Source of the DNA: Bradymonadia bacterium
Lineage (GTDB): Bacteria > Myxococcota_A > Bradymonadia > UBA7976 > UBA1532
Assembly: GCA_046290225.1 (NCBI GenBank)
Contig: JBKAGE010000079.1
Location: 216,861 to 280,860, forward strand
Length of the DNA stretch: 64,000 nucleotides
Direction of reading: 5' to 3'
The number at the start of each line of letters is the position of its first letter. Position 1 is the stretch's first letter. A model generated the notes under the pieces. It made no database searches. It was given only the letters and a program-made list of their open reading frames with translations, and was not told where the DNA came from. A program made the position numbers and the translations under genes. Below, in pieces: positions 1 to 10,288 of this stretch.

Positions 1-1
1 T

Positions 2-565
2 GCTCTTGAGGGTGATCAGCGTGAGCACCATGAGCACGGCGCTGCCGATGATCTTGAACAACGTGGGATCAAAGGCGGCGCTGTTCGGGTTGAGGGGATC
101 CCACAGGTAGCCCACGGACTCGCAGAAGCCCACCACATAGAAAGTGATGCTCAGGGCCTGGGCGAGGAACAGCGGGATGCCGATCGAGGCGCCCACTGGC
201 GCCCCGAGAGACCTGCTGATCATGTAGTAGGCCCCACCGGGACCCACGGTGCGGTTGGTGGCGATGGCCGCCACCGAGAGCCCCGTGGCGAGGGAGATCA
301 GGTGGGAGAGCACCACCACGGCAAGGGCGCCCACGAGGCCGATGTTGCCCACCACCTCGCCGAAGCGCAGGTACATGATCACGCCGAGGATCGTGAGGAT
401 GCTCGGCGTGAACACGCCGCCAAAGGCACCAAAACGTCGACTGTCGCTCGGGGGCTGCTCGTCGAGGGTGTGCTGGCCGATGGGAGTGGGGGTGGGCTCG
501 AGGCTCAGAGACGCCGGGCCGCTCTCTGGCGGCGGGGCCTCAGGGGGGGCAGGGGTGTTGGACAT
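2..565 (-). CDS. Amino acid permease / cation-chloride cotransporter (SLC12-like), N-terminal part; runs off the window edge
   Basis: Hand translation from ATG at 565 gives ...FGAFGGVFTPSILTILGVIMYLRFGEVVGNIG...TGLSVAAIATNRTVGPGGAYYMISRSLG..., typical CCC-family motifs. Absent from the ORF track because it is truncated. Confidence 0.88.
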   Translation of the reverse strand, partial: MSNTPAPPEAPPPESGPASLSLEPTPTPIGQHTLDEQPPSDSRRFGAFGGVFTPSILTILGVIMYLRFGEVVGNIGLVGALAVVVLSHLISLATGLSVAAIATNRTVGPGGAYYMISRSLGAPVGASIGIPLFLAQALSITFYVVGFCESVGYLWDPLNPNSAAFDPTLFKIIGSAVLMVLTLITLKS

Positions 566-619
566 GCGGGCATTTATCCAGATACCCGCCCGTGGGGCAA
601 GAGTAAGGGCGCTTGCCTC

Positions 620-1723
620 TTACTGACCGCGATCGTAGCGCTTGGGCTGGTGGCGCACATAGCGATCGTTCATCTTCGCCACAGCGGCGATCCGGCGCTC
701 GGCGAGGGTGTTCGCCGCCTGCACCGTGGTGACCTCTTCTTCGCGGGCGATGCGGAAGATCTGCGTGGTGATGTCGTAGATGCTCCGGGCGTGCTTGAGG
801 GCCCGCTCCTGGTTGTAGCCCTCGAGCTCGTTGGCCACATTGATGAGACCACCGGCGTTCACCACATAGTCCGGGGCGTAGAGGATGTCGCGCTCGGCGA
901 GGGCCTTGGCGTGTTTGACCTCGTCGCCGAGGATGTTGTTGGCGCTGCCGGCCACCACGCTGCACTTGAGGCGGGGGATGGTCTCGTCGTTCACCACAGC
1001 GCCGAGGGCGCAGGGGGCGAAGACGTCGGCATCCACGTCGTAAATGGCGTCGGGGGCCACCACCTCTACGCCGTTGAAGTCTTTGGTCACTCGGGCGAGG
1101 GCCTCGGCGAAGATGTCGCAGATGAAGACGTGGGCGCCCTCCTCGACCAGGTACTTGGTCAGGTAGTAGCCCACATGCCCGGCGCCCTGAATCGCCACCT
1201 TCCGTCCCGCGAGGGACTCGTTGCCCGTGGTCCACTTCAGCGAGGCCTTGATGCCCTCGTAGGTGCCCAGGGCCGTCACCGGGCTCGGATCACCGGAGCC
1301 GCCCAGGGCCCGGCTGATGCCCACGACGTAGTCGGTCTCCATGCGCACCCACTCCATGTCCTGGACCGAGGTGCCCACATCTTCCGCGGTGATGTAGCGG
1401 CCGCCGATGCCCTGGATGAAGCGACCGTAGCTGCGCCACAGGAACTCGTTCTTCATCGTCTTGCTGTCGCCGATGATGACCGCCTTGCCACCGCCGAGGT
1501 TGAGCCCCGCCGCCGCAGACTTGTAGGTCATCCCCCGGGAGAGACGGAGCACGTCTCTCACTGCCTCTTCTTCAGAGGTGTAGTGCCACATGCGGGTGCC
1601 GCCGAGGGCGGGGCCGAGTGTGGTGTCGTGGATGCCCACGATGGCTTTGAGGCCGGTGACCTCGTCGTGGCAGAAGATCAGCTGCTCGTGATCCCGCTTG
1701 GCCATCTGGTCGAAGATGCTCAT
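620..1723 (-). CDS. ldh: Leucine dehydrogenase (Glu/Leu/Phe/Val dehydrogenase family)
   Basis: GPALGGTR, GMTYK, LGGGKAV, ITAEDVG, GxGxxG (QGAGHVG), AGSANN and NAGG motifs. Confidence 0.93.
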   Translation of the reverse strand: MSIFDQMAKRDHEQLIFCHDEVTGLKAIVGIHDTTLGPALGGTRMWHYTSEEEAVRDVLRLSRGMTYKSAAAGLNLGGGKAVIIGDSKTMKNEFLWRSYGRFIQGIGGRYITAEDVGTSVQDMEWVRMETDYVVGISRALGGSGDPSPVTALGTYEGIKASLKWTTGNESLAGRKVAIQGAGHVGYYLTKYLVEEGAHVFICDIFAEALARVTKDFNGVEVVAPDAIYDVDADVFAPCALGAVVNDETIPRLKCSVVAGSANNILGDEVKHAKALAERDILYAPDYVVNAGGLINVANELEGYNQERALKHARSIYDITTQIFRIAREEEVTTVQAANTLAERRIAAVAKMNDRYVRHQPKRYDRGQ

Positions 1724-1909
1724 GAAACCCTCCGTTCACACGCCTTCTACAGCCGTGTAAAAAGATTTACGCGTTCATGCGTATGTAGTGACAAAGATTG
1801 ACATCATCGCGCGCATAATGGGGCAAAGTCACTGGGCGAGCAACCGCTATCAGCACCCGATTTGGGGCGATCACCACAAAAGTACACGTGAGGTCGAAGG
1901 GCGGGGTGC

Positions 1910-3241
1910 TCAGTGCTTCGGACGCTGCACCGGGGTGGGGGATTTGATGAGTTTACCCGTGGATTGATACCGCACCGTGCGGTTACGACCGGAGCGCTTG
2001 GCTTCGTAGAGGGCCTGATCGGCCGCAGCGATGAGCAGCTCGCCGGTGTGGGCGGCGTTGGGGAAGGCGGCGACCCCTGCACTCAGGGTGACGTCGAGGT
2101 GCAGCGTGCGGCCGTCGGGCAGCACCACATCTACCCCGGCGTCGCTCAGGGTGCTCCGTAGGCGGTCGGCCATGAGGAAGGCATTCTCCAGGGGTGTCTC
2201 CGGCAGAATCAGCGCCACCTCTTCGCCCCCATAGCGGATCGCCCGGTCGGTGCTGCGGATGTTGCGCTTCACGTGGCCCGAGAGCCAGCGGATGACGTCG
2301 TCGCCCACTTGGTGACCGTGGGTGTCGTTGATTTGCTTGAAGTGATCGATGTCGAGCATGACCACAGCGAGGTGGCGCTCGTAGCGCTGGCAGCGATCGA
2401 GCTCCTCTTTAAGGAACCGGTCCATCTCCCGGCGGTTGTACAAGCCCGTGAGGGCGTCGCGGGTGGACATCTCCCTCAGCTGCTGCTCCAGTCGACGACG
2501 CTCTTCGATCTCAGAGGTGAGTTTGGCGTTGGCCTCGGTGAGATCGGCGGTTCGGGCCTGCACCCGGGCCTCGAGGGTGGCCTGATGGGCTTCGAGCTCC
2601 CGCTCGTAGCGCTTCTCGGTGGTGATGTCGATGATGATGCCTTCGAGGAAGGCAGGCTCTCCATTGAGATCGTTGATGGCGCAGCCCTGCTCCATCACCC
2701 ACTTCTCTTCGCCGCCGGCGGTGCGGATACGGTAAGTGGCTCGGAAGGGCTGCCCCGAGGCCACGGCCTCGTGAATGCCTCGGGCGACGATGGGCTGATC
2801 TTCGGGGTGAACCAGGGCGGCGTAGCTGACTTCGCGGTTGTCCTTGAGGGCTTCTGGCCCGTAGCCCGTGAGCGACTCGCTGCCCCCGCTCACGAAGGTC
2901 ATCGTGCGGGTGAAGTCATAGGCACAACGATAGGCAAGGCCCGGCAGGTGGCCGATGAGCGTCGCCAGGGCCCGCTCGCTCTCGGTGTGGGCCAGCTCCC
3001 CTCGGGTGCGGGTCACCAACAGCCTGAACGACAGTACATAGACGAAGAGCGTCGAGAGCAGGGCCAGGCCCCATTCTCCGTACTGCACGACCAGCGAGCC
3101 CGCGGGATGATGCTTGAGGGCGTCGGCGCCAAGGTTGGAGAGGCCGAGCCAGAGGGTGCAGACGACACCGTAGGAGAGGGTGACGCTGAGGGCCCAGGCC
3201 CGGGCGCTGCGGCGAGCGAGACGTTCTTCGTGGGTGCGCAC
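1910..3241 (-). CDS. Membrane-anchored PAS-GGDEF diguanylate cyclase
   Basis: Two N-terminal hydrophobic segments, a PAS/PAC region (VHPED), a coiled coil, DALTGLYNRR, DIDHFK and RSTD...RYGGEEV. Confidence 0.92.
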   Translation of the reverse strand: MRTHEERLARRSARAWALSVTLSYGVVCTLWLGLSNLGADALKHHPAGSLVVQYGEWGLALLSTLFVYVLSFRLLVTRTRGELAHTESERALATLIGHLPGLAYRCAYDFTRTMTFVSGGSESLTGYGPEALKDNREVSYAALVHPEDQPIVARGIHEAVASGQPFRATYRIRTAGGEEKWVMEQGCAINDLNGEPAFLEGIIIDITTEKRYERELEAHQATLEARVQARTADLTEANAKLTSEIEERRRLEQQLREMSTRDALTGLYNRREMDRFLKEELDRCQRYERHLAVVMLDIDHFKQINDTHGHQVGDDVIRWLSGHVKRNIRSTDRAIRYGGEEVALILPETPLENAFLMADRLRSTLSDAGVDVVLPDGRTLHLDVTLSAGVAAFPNAAHTGELLIAAADQALYEAKRSGRNRTVRYQSTGKLIKSPTPVQRPKH

Positions 3242-3382
3242 CTGTCGTGCCCTCCTCGGGAGACTTCACCACCAGACCTTCCACCGCAGTCGTGTGAAGC
3301 GTCCGAGTGATGGGCGCGCTTTAGGGGTGGGTGAGACTTTACTCCCCCGGCGAGCGATTCACCGCCAGGAGAGCCGGATCAC

Positions 3383-4195
3383 CTACTTCGACACCGCAAC
3401 GCCGTGCAGGCCCGGCCTCAGTGACTCGAGCATAGGGCGAGGATCAGCCCCGGACTCGAGGGTCTCCACAAGAGCCGTGCCCACGATGACGCCGTGGGCA
3501 TGTGGAGCCAGCTGATCCACCTGAGCAGAGGTGCGGATGCCGAAGCCCGCCATGATCGGCACCGGGGACTTCGCCCGCAAAGTGTCGAGGTAGCCCAGCA
3601 GATCACCACCGGCTTGCAGCTGCCCGCCGGTGGTGCCCGGGGCGGTGACGGCGTACAAGAAGCCGCCGCTCGATTCGGCGATGCGGGCGGCGCGATCCGC
3701 AGGGGTGAGCGGGCTCACGAGTTGAATCAAGGCCAGCCCGTGGGGTTTGAGGGCCGCCAGCATCTCGTCGGACTCTTCCAGAGGGAGATCAGGGACGATG
3801 AAACCGTCCACCCCAGCCTCGGCGGCCTCGGCAGCGAGGGCTTCGAAGCCCAACGAGAAGAGCGGATTCAGGTAGCTCATGAGCACCACAGGGGTGTCCC
3901 GGCTGGGCCGGGCTTTCAGTTGAGCCAGGATCCAGCGCAGGGTCACCCCGGCCTCCAGGGCGCTGTGGGCAGCCCGCTGCAGGGTCATGCCGTCGGCCAT
4001 GGGATCGCTGAACGGCACCCCGATCTCCACGACGTCGGCCACTTCGCCGATGCGGGCGAGGGTGGTCTGAAAGGTCTCGGCGAGATCGTCACCCGCGGGG
4101 TAGCCCGCGGTGAAGAAGGCGGCGAGGGCAGGCTGCCCCGATTCATGGCGACGGCGGATCGCTGCTTCGATGTGCTGGGCGCCGGCGGTCATCAT
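3383..4195 (-). CDS. trpA: Tryptophan synthase alpha subunit
   Basis: EIGVPFSDPMADG, MSYLNP, VPDLP, GFGI motifs; last gene of the trp operon. Confidence 0.97.
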   Translation of the reverse strand: MMTAGAQHIEAAIRRRHESGQPALAAFFTAGYPAGDDLAETFQTTLARIGEVADVVEIGVPFSDPMADGMTLQRAAHSALEAGVTLRWILAQLKARPSRDTPVVLMSYLNPLFSLGFEALAAEAAEAGVDGFIVPDLPLEESDEMLAALKPHGLALIQLVSPLTPADRAARIAESSGGFLYAVTAPGTTGGQLQAGGDLLGYLDTLRAKSPVPIMAGFGIRTSAQVDQLAPHAHGVIVGTALVETLESGADPRPMLESLRPGLHGVAVSK

Positions 4196-5448
4196 GCACC
4201 TCCTTCGGCGGGATCTCGGACTGGATGGCTCCGCTGCAGGGCGGGCAGATCTTTGTCGCCTCGACCCGAGAGGCCGACGACGATGAGCGCGCCCGGGTGC
4301 TCAGCGGCGTATCGTTTGGCCCCGGCGAGGGCGTGTGAGGTCTCCAGCGCGGGGATGATGCCTTCGAGGGCGCAGCAGTCATCGAAGGCGGCGAGCGCCT
4401 CGGTATCTTCCACGGCCTCGTAGCGGGCTCTACCAATGTGGGCGAGCAGGGCGTGCTCAGGGCCCACACCAGGGTAGTCGAGGCCCGCGGAGATGGAGTG
4501 AGTCTCGTGGACCTGACCCTCACCATCCTGGAGCAACATCGAGCGGGCGCCATGGAGCACCCCGAGGCGGGCCCCAAGGCCCTCGCGGGCGGCGGTGAGT
4601 GTGGCGGCGTGGTGGCCGGAGTCCAGCCCGTTGCCACCGGCTTCGATGCCGATGAGGGCCACCTCGGTATCGCCGACGAAGGGGTGAAAAAGCCCGATGG
4701 CGTTCGAACCTCCGCCGACGCAGGCGATGGCGGCGTCAGGCAGGCGCCCGCGCCGGGCCAGGCACTGGCTGCGAGCTTCACGGCCGATGACCGAGTGCAG
4801 TCGGCACACGAGCCAGGGGTAGGGATGAGGCCCCACGGCGCTGCCGAGCAGGTAGAAGGTGCCCTCTGGATCAGCGACCCAGGCCCGGAGTGCCTCGTCG
4901 ATGGCCGCCCGCAACGTGCGATCACCGCTCTGCACCGGCACCACCGTGGCGCCGAGGCGTCGCATGCGATCGACGTTGGGGGCCTGACGATCGACGTCGA
5001 TGGCGCCCATGTAGACCGTGCAGTCGATGCCCACACGCGCGCAGGCCGCTGCCGAGGCCACGCCGTGCTGCCCGGCGCCGGTCTCCGCCACCACACGGGT
5101 GGCCCCCATGCGTTTGGCCAGCATGGCCTGCCCCAAGGCGTTGTTGATCTTGTGGGCCCCGGTGTGGGCCAGATCTTCCCGCTTCAGCCAGATCTCCGCC
5201 CCCCAGGCCGCGCTCAACCCCGGTGCGGGGCAGAAGGGGGTCGGGCGCCCGACCCAGTCCCCGAGGGCTTCCTCGAGGCTCGACATGAAGGTGGCATCGT
5301 CGAGGGCCGCCCGGGCGTTCTCTTCGAGCCGGGTGATGGCCCCCATGAGGATCTCGGGGACGAAGCGCCCGCCGAAGGGGCCATAGCGCCCTCGGTCGTC
5401 GGGGAGCTGTTCTGCCACGAGGGCGTCGAGCAAATCGGTGTGTGCCAT
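4192..5448 (-). CDS. trpB: Tryptophan synthase beta subunit
   Basis: KREDLAHTGAHKINN (PLP lysine), AETGAGQHG, GGGSNA, SISAGLDYPGVGPEH, SGRGDKD. Confidence 0.98.
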   Translation of the reverse strand: MAHTDLLDALVAEQLPDDRGRYGPFGGRFVPEILMGAITRLEENARAALDDATFMSSLEEALGDWVGRPTPFCPAPGLSAAWGAEIWLKREDLAHTGAHKINNALGQAMLAKRMGATRVVAETGAGQHGVASAAACARVGIDCTVYMGAIDVDRQAPNVDRMRRLGATVVPVQSGDRTLRAAIDEALRAWVADPEGTFYLLGSAVGPHPYPWLVCRLHSVIGREARSQCLARRGRLPDAAIACVGGGSNAIGLFHPFVGDTEVALIGIEAGGNGLDSGHHAATLTAAREGLGARLGVLHGARSMLLQDGEGQVHETHSISAGLDYPGVGPEHALLAHIGRARYEAVEDTEALAAFDDCCALEGIIPALETSHALAGAKRYAAEHPGALIVVGLSGRGDKDLPALQRSHPVRDPAEGGA

Positions 5449-5462
5449 GAGCGTGCCTCAGT

Positions 5463-6164
5463 TCACGTGTGTACGGTCTGGTCAGGGGAAACTGGATCGA
5501 AGCTGTGGCCCCGAGCGGCGGCTCGGGCCGCAGCGATGAAGGCCTTGATCATCTGGGGGGACTTCTGCCCTCGGCTCGATTCGACACCGGAGCTGACATC
5601 GACGCCGTAGGGGCGCACGCGCTCGATGGCAGAGGCGACGTTCTTCGGAGAGAGCCCGCCAGCGAGAATCACCGGCGCTGACGCCGCTGCAGACTCCACT
5701 GCGGCCCAGTCACCCGTCTCGCCACTGCCTTCTGTGGGGCCGTCGATGACCCTCGGCCCTGGCAATTGCTCCGAGGTGGGCAGCGTCGCGCCGTCGCGGA
5801 AAGCAGGCAGCCAGCGTCGAACCCGGCCCGGTGGGTCTCGATGGCGTAGATGTGCCGCCGACTCGACGTTGGGCGGATAAACCTGCACTGCGTCGGGCCA
5901 CCAGCCCTCCACCGCCTCGGCGATGGTGTCGTTGTCGGCCCAGCGAAACACCGCCACCACGTCGAGCGGGCGCCCGAGGCGACGGGCCAGGCCACGGCCA
6001 TGGGCCGCCAGCGCTGCAGCCTGGAGCGGGCTCACCTGCCGGGGCGAAGAGACCATGACCAGGCCGATGGCGTCGGCGCCTGCTTCGACGGCTGCTGTCA
6101 CCGCGGCCTCGTCGGAGAGGCCGCAAATCTTCACATAGAGCGACTGCGCATAGCGCTCACCCAC
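5463..6164 (-). CDS. trpF: Phosphoribosylanthranilate isomerase
   Basis: VKICGL, LAGGL, GVDVSSGVE. The likely start is GTG at 6164 after a GGAGG RBS, overlapping the trpC stop. Confidence 0.93.
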   Translation of the reverse strand: MGERYAQSLYVKICGLSDEAAVTAAVEAGADAIGLVMVSSPRQVSPLQAAALAAHGRGLARRLGRPLDVVAVFRWADNDTIAEAVEGWWPDAVQVYPPNVESAAHLRHRDPPGRVRRWLPAFRDGATLPTSEQLPGPRVIDGPTEGSGETGDWAAVESAAASAPVILAGGLSPKNVASAIERVRPYGVDVSSGVESSRGQKSPQMIKAFIAAARAAARGHSFDPVSPDQTVHT

Positions 6165-7005
6165 CGGGCACCTCCCGGCGGCCAGTGTCGATGAGCGCTC
6201 GCGCTGCGTCGCGGGGGGTACCACTCGTCATGAGGGCCGAGCCGACGAGGGCCAGCCGGTAGCCCTGTCGGGCGCATCGGGCGGCGTGCCCTGGGGAGGA
6301 GAGGCCGCTCTCGGCCACCCGTAGCCCTTCAGGCCAGGGCAGGTCGTGGAACAGACGTTCGAAATCCACCTGCAGTGATTTGAGATCACGGCAGTTGAGG
6401 CCCAGGAGCACCCCAGGGTGGTCAGCGGCGGGAGACACACCGAGGCCCACCATGCGCCGAAGATCTTCAGCGTCAAAGGCCTCGAGCAGCACGAACAGGC
6501 CCAGATCTCGGGCCACTGTGAGCATCTCACTCAGGGCCTCGTCGGTGAGCATGCGCGTGATCAGCAACGCCCCTGAGGCCCCAGCGGCCCGGGTCTCGAG
6601 CAGCTGCACCGGATGCACCAGGAAGTCCTTGCGCATCACCGGCCTGCGACCCCCCACGGCGGCGACGACCATTCGAAGGTGATCGAGGTGTCCGAGGAAC
6701 CGACTGGGCTCAGTGAGTACGGAGAGGGCGGCGGCCCCGCCATCGACATAGGCCGTCGCCTGGCTGTGCAGCATCTGCTGGAGCGCTTGAGCATCTGCCT
6801 CGACATCGGCGAGGTTGCCCACCGAGGGGCTCGCCCGCTTGATCTCGGCGATGAGATCGAAGCGATCGTCCAGCGACAAAGGCACCACAGCAGGCGCCTC
6901 GAGGGCTTCGGCCTCGAGAGCTGCCCGACGTTGGCGCGCCCCTTCAGCGCGCTCGGTGCTCAGCCGGGCCATCTGGCACAGGAAGTCTTCGTGGGCAGCG
7001 CTCAT
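6157..7005 (-). CDS. trpC: Indole-3-glycerol phosphate synthase
   Basis: IAEIKRASPS, LSVLTE, MRKDF, VAESG. ATG at 7005 overlaps the trpD stop (ATGA). Confidence 0.95.
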   Translation of the reverse strand: MSAAHEDFLCQMARLSTERAEGARQRRAALEAEALEAPAVVPLSLDDRFDLIAEIKRASPSVGNLADVEADAQALQQMLHSQATAYVDGGAAALSVLTEPSRFLGHLDHLRMVVAAVGGRRPVMRKDFLVHPVQLLETRAAGASGALLITRMLTDEALSEMLTVARDLGLFVLLEAFDAEDLRRMVGLGVSPAADHPGVLLGLNCRDLKSLQVDFERLFHDLPWPEGLRVAESGLSSPGHAARCARQGYRLALVGSALMTSGTPRDAARALIDTGRREVPGG

Positions 7006-8035
7006 CGATGGCACCCGCGGAGCGTGTCGAGGTTGGCCCTGGCTTTGCCCTCGTCCAGGGCAGCCTCTGCGAGGGTGCGGGCCTGCTGCGGGCTCTCCGC
7101 TAGGCCGCAGACCTCGAGGACCAGCGCCGCGCCGAGGACGAGGGCGTGCCGATGAGGGCTCTGCTCGCCGTCGAAAACCGCCTCGATGGCTGCGGCATTG
7201 TAGGCAGCGTCGCCACCGGCGAGATCTGCGGCTGTGCATCGCGGGATCCCATAGACCTCCTGGGGATCCACCACAGTCTCTTCTACGCCGCTCTGCCCCA
7301 CCTTCAACAGCGTGAAGGGGCCCACAGGGGTGGCTTCATCCCAACCCTCGGCGCCGTGCACCACAAAGGCGCGGTGGGGCATGGGCAGTCGAAACAGCGC
7401 CTGGGCCATGAGACGAGCCGCCTCGAGGCTGAAGGCCCCCACGACCTGGAACTGCGGCCGGGCAGGGTTCACCAGAGGGCCCATCAGGTTGAAGACCGTG
7501 CGCACCCCGAGGCTGCGTCGCTGAGTGGCCACGGCCTTCAGCGCCGGGTGATAACGGGGGGCGAAGAGGAAGGCGAAACGCCCTGCCTGCAAGCCGGCCA
7601 TGTGCTGCGCCTCGGGGGCCTCTGGAGGCAGGCCCAGGGTCTTGAGCACGTCGGCGCTCCCCGAGCGACTGGAGATGGCCCGGTTGCCGTGCTTCACCAC
7701 GTGGGCGCCAGCGGCTGCGGCGAGCAGCGCGCCACCGGTGGACAAGTTGAGGCTGCCTGAGCCATCGCCACCGGTGCCGCAGAGATCCACCATGGGGGTG
7801 TCAGCGAGGTCCTCGGGCAGCTCGGGGCGGATGGCGAGATCGCGCAGCGCGCTGACGAAGCCCTTCACCTCGTCGGGAGTCTCGCCTTTGAGCCTCAGGC
7901 CGCCCAGGAGCGCGCCCACTTGCACCGCCTCTACGGGGGCATCGGCATCAGCAAGGGCACGCATCACCGCGTAGGCTTGCTCTTCCGTGAGATCAGCGCC
8001 ACCGAGCAGCGCGTCCAGAACACTCTTCAAGCCGC

Positions 8036-8039
<4 letters not shown>
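7002..8039 (-). CDS. trpD: Anthranilate phosphoribosyltransferase
   Basis: DLCGTGGDG, KHGNR, SGSADVL, RTVFNLMGPLVNP. Confidence 0.97.
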
Positions 8040-8613
<574 letters not shown>

Positions 8614-8617
<4 letters not shown>

Positions 8618-10017
8618 AGGCCTCCCTCCTCAGGCTTCTGGGCGGCGAGCTCCAGGGCCGCCCGGAGTCCGCGGCTCTTCGCCAGGACCTCGTCGAATTC
8701 ACGATCAGCCACGCTGTCGGCGACGATGCCCGCCCCCGCCTGAAGGGCCACCCGGCCTCCGCTGAACTGCAAAGTGCGGATGGCGATGGCCTGATCCATC
8801 GAGCCGCCGTGGCCGAAGTAGCCCACAGTGCCGGCGTACAGCCCGCGGCGGACCGGCTCCAGCTCGTCGAGGATCTCCATGGCCCTGATCTTGGGGGCGC
8901 CGCTCACGGTGCCCGCAGGGAACGAGGCGGCGAAGAGATCGAACTCGTCCATGCCGGGCTTCAGGATGCCCTCTACACCACTCACCAGATGCATCACGTG
9001 GCTGTAGCGCTCGATGATGCGGCTGGGGTTCACCTTCACCGTGCCGGCCTCCGCCACCCGGCCCAGATCGTTGCGGGCGAGGTCGACGAGCATCACGTGC
9101 TCTGCCGCCTCTTTGGGGCAGGCCTTGAGCTCTTCTTCCATGGCCAGATCCGAGGCGTCGTCCGCCCCTCGGGGCCGGGTACCGGCGATGGGCCTCAGCG
9201 TGGCTTTGCGACCGTCGAGCTTGACCAGAGCCTCAGGCGAGGAGCCCACCACCTGCAGATCGCCGAAGTCACAGAAGTAGAGGTAGGGCGAAGGGTTGAG
9301 CAGGCGCAGCGCACGGTAGACCTGGAAGGGCTCCAGATCGCACGGCCCCTCGAAGCGCGCCGAGAGGACGAGCTGGTAGAGATCGCCTGCGTGGATGTGG
9401 CCCTTGATGCGCTCCACACCTTCGATGAAGGCTTCGCGGCTCAAGCTGGGGATCAGCTCGCCCACACCGCCGATGGCGCCACGGGCAGGGGTGGCCCCTC
9501 TGAGAGCGCGGATGATCTCGCTCCGCAGCGACCGGCGCTCGGCCTCAGAGCCGTCGTGCAGCAGCGCCACACGGCGGCTGAGGTGATCGAAGACCAGCAT
9601 CGACTTCGGCGCCATGAGGGCCAGATCGGGCATGGGCTGATCCCCGAGGGCCCGAGGATCCGGGATCCGCTCGAAGCGGCGCACCAGATCGAAGGCGGTG
9701 ACCCCCACCAGACCCCCGTGGAAGGGGAGCGCCGCAGGCGAGACGCCCTCAGGGGTGAGCCGTGGCGCCTTCGACAAGGCGTCGCGCAGGAAGTTGAGCA
9801 CCACCGCCTGGGTGGACTCGCCCGGCACGCCCTCGGGCATGGCGCCAGGGGCGAGGCGCAGGGACTGCACATCGCCGAAGCCGATGAAGGAGTAGCGGCC
9901 CACCCGCTCGCCCCCCTCGACGCTCTCGAGCAGAAACCGGGGCTTGAAGGGGGCCAGTTTCAAATACGCCGAGACCGGCGTATCGAGATCGGCGGCGATG
10001 TCGAACGGTGGTTGCAT
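8614..10017 (-). CDS. trpE: Anthranilate synthase component I
   Basis: LLESVEGGE, NPSPY, GSSPE, PIAGT, EHVMLVDLARND, GAPKIRA. ATG at 10017 follows a GAGGAG RBS. Confidence 0.96.
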
Positions 10018-10102
10018 GAGCGCGTCTCTCCTCGTGTCGCTGTGACCAGAGTCTGTGAACTGCCTGTGGCCTTCGGCTGTAGAGGAAGCGGGCTCAAGAC
10101 AC

Positions 10103-10136
10103 AAAAAAACCCGCTTCCGAAGCTCGGAGGCGGGTT
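10103..10136 (-). terminator. Intrinsic terminator (3:4 hairpin) of the trp attenuator
   Basis: The minus strand reads AACCCGCCTCCGA-GCT-TCGGAAGCGGG-TTTTTTT, a GC-rich stem with one mismatch and a U7 tract, between the leader peptide and trpE. Confidence 0.92.
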
Positions 10137-10156
10137 GAATCGGTGTCGTTGCTGCG

Positions 10157-10255
10157 TCAGCCGCTGACCCGGACCCCCTCCGAGGAGATCCACCACCACC
10201 AGCTGCCCTTGGAGGCGGCCTCGATGACATCAGCGTGGGTGAGCAGTGTGTTCAT
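10157..10255 (-). CDS. trpL: trp operon leader peptide, 32 aa, MNTLLTHADVIEAASKGSWWWWISSEGVRVSG
   Basis: Hand-translated. Four consecutive TGG codons (10190-10201) lie just upstream of the terminator and trpE. Confidence 0.9.
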   Translation of the reverse strand: MNTLLTHADVIEAASKGSWWWWISSEGVRVSG

Positions 10256-10288
10256 GCGTTGAAGGGTGACGCAGCCTCGGCAGATCTG

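Noticed and set aside
302..1801. Long antisense ORFs (e.g. 302..1801, 8809..10167, 45415..46863, 48314..50386, 59124..62219)
   Set aside because: These are shadow frames of well-supported genes, expected with high GC3, and carry no recognisable motifs.
1798..1819. sigma70-like TTGACA...CATAAT
   Set aside because: The spacer is about 10 nt and the site points opposite to the flanking genes.
10018..10230. Extended 538-aa TrpE N-terminus in the ORF track
   Set aside because: This region is the attenuator leader; the RBS and homology support ATG 10017.
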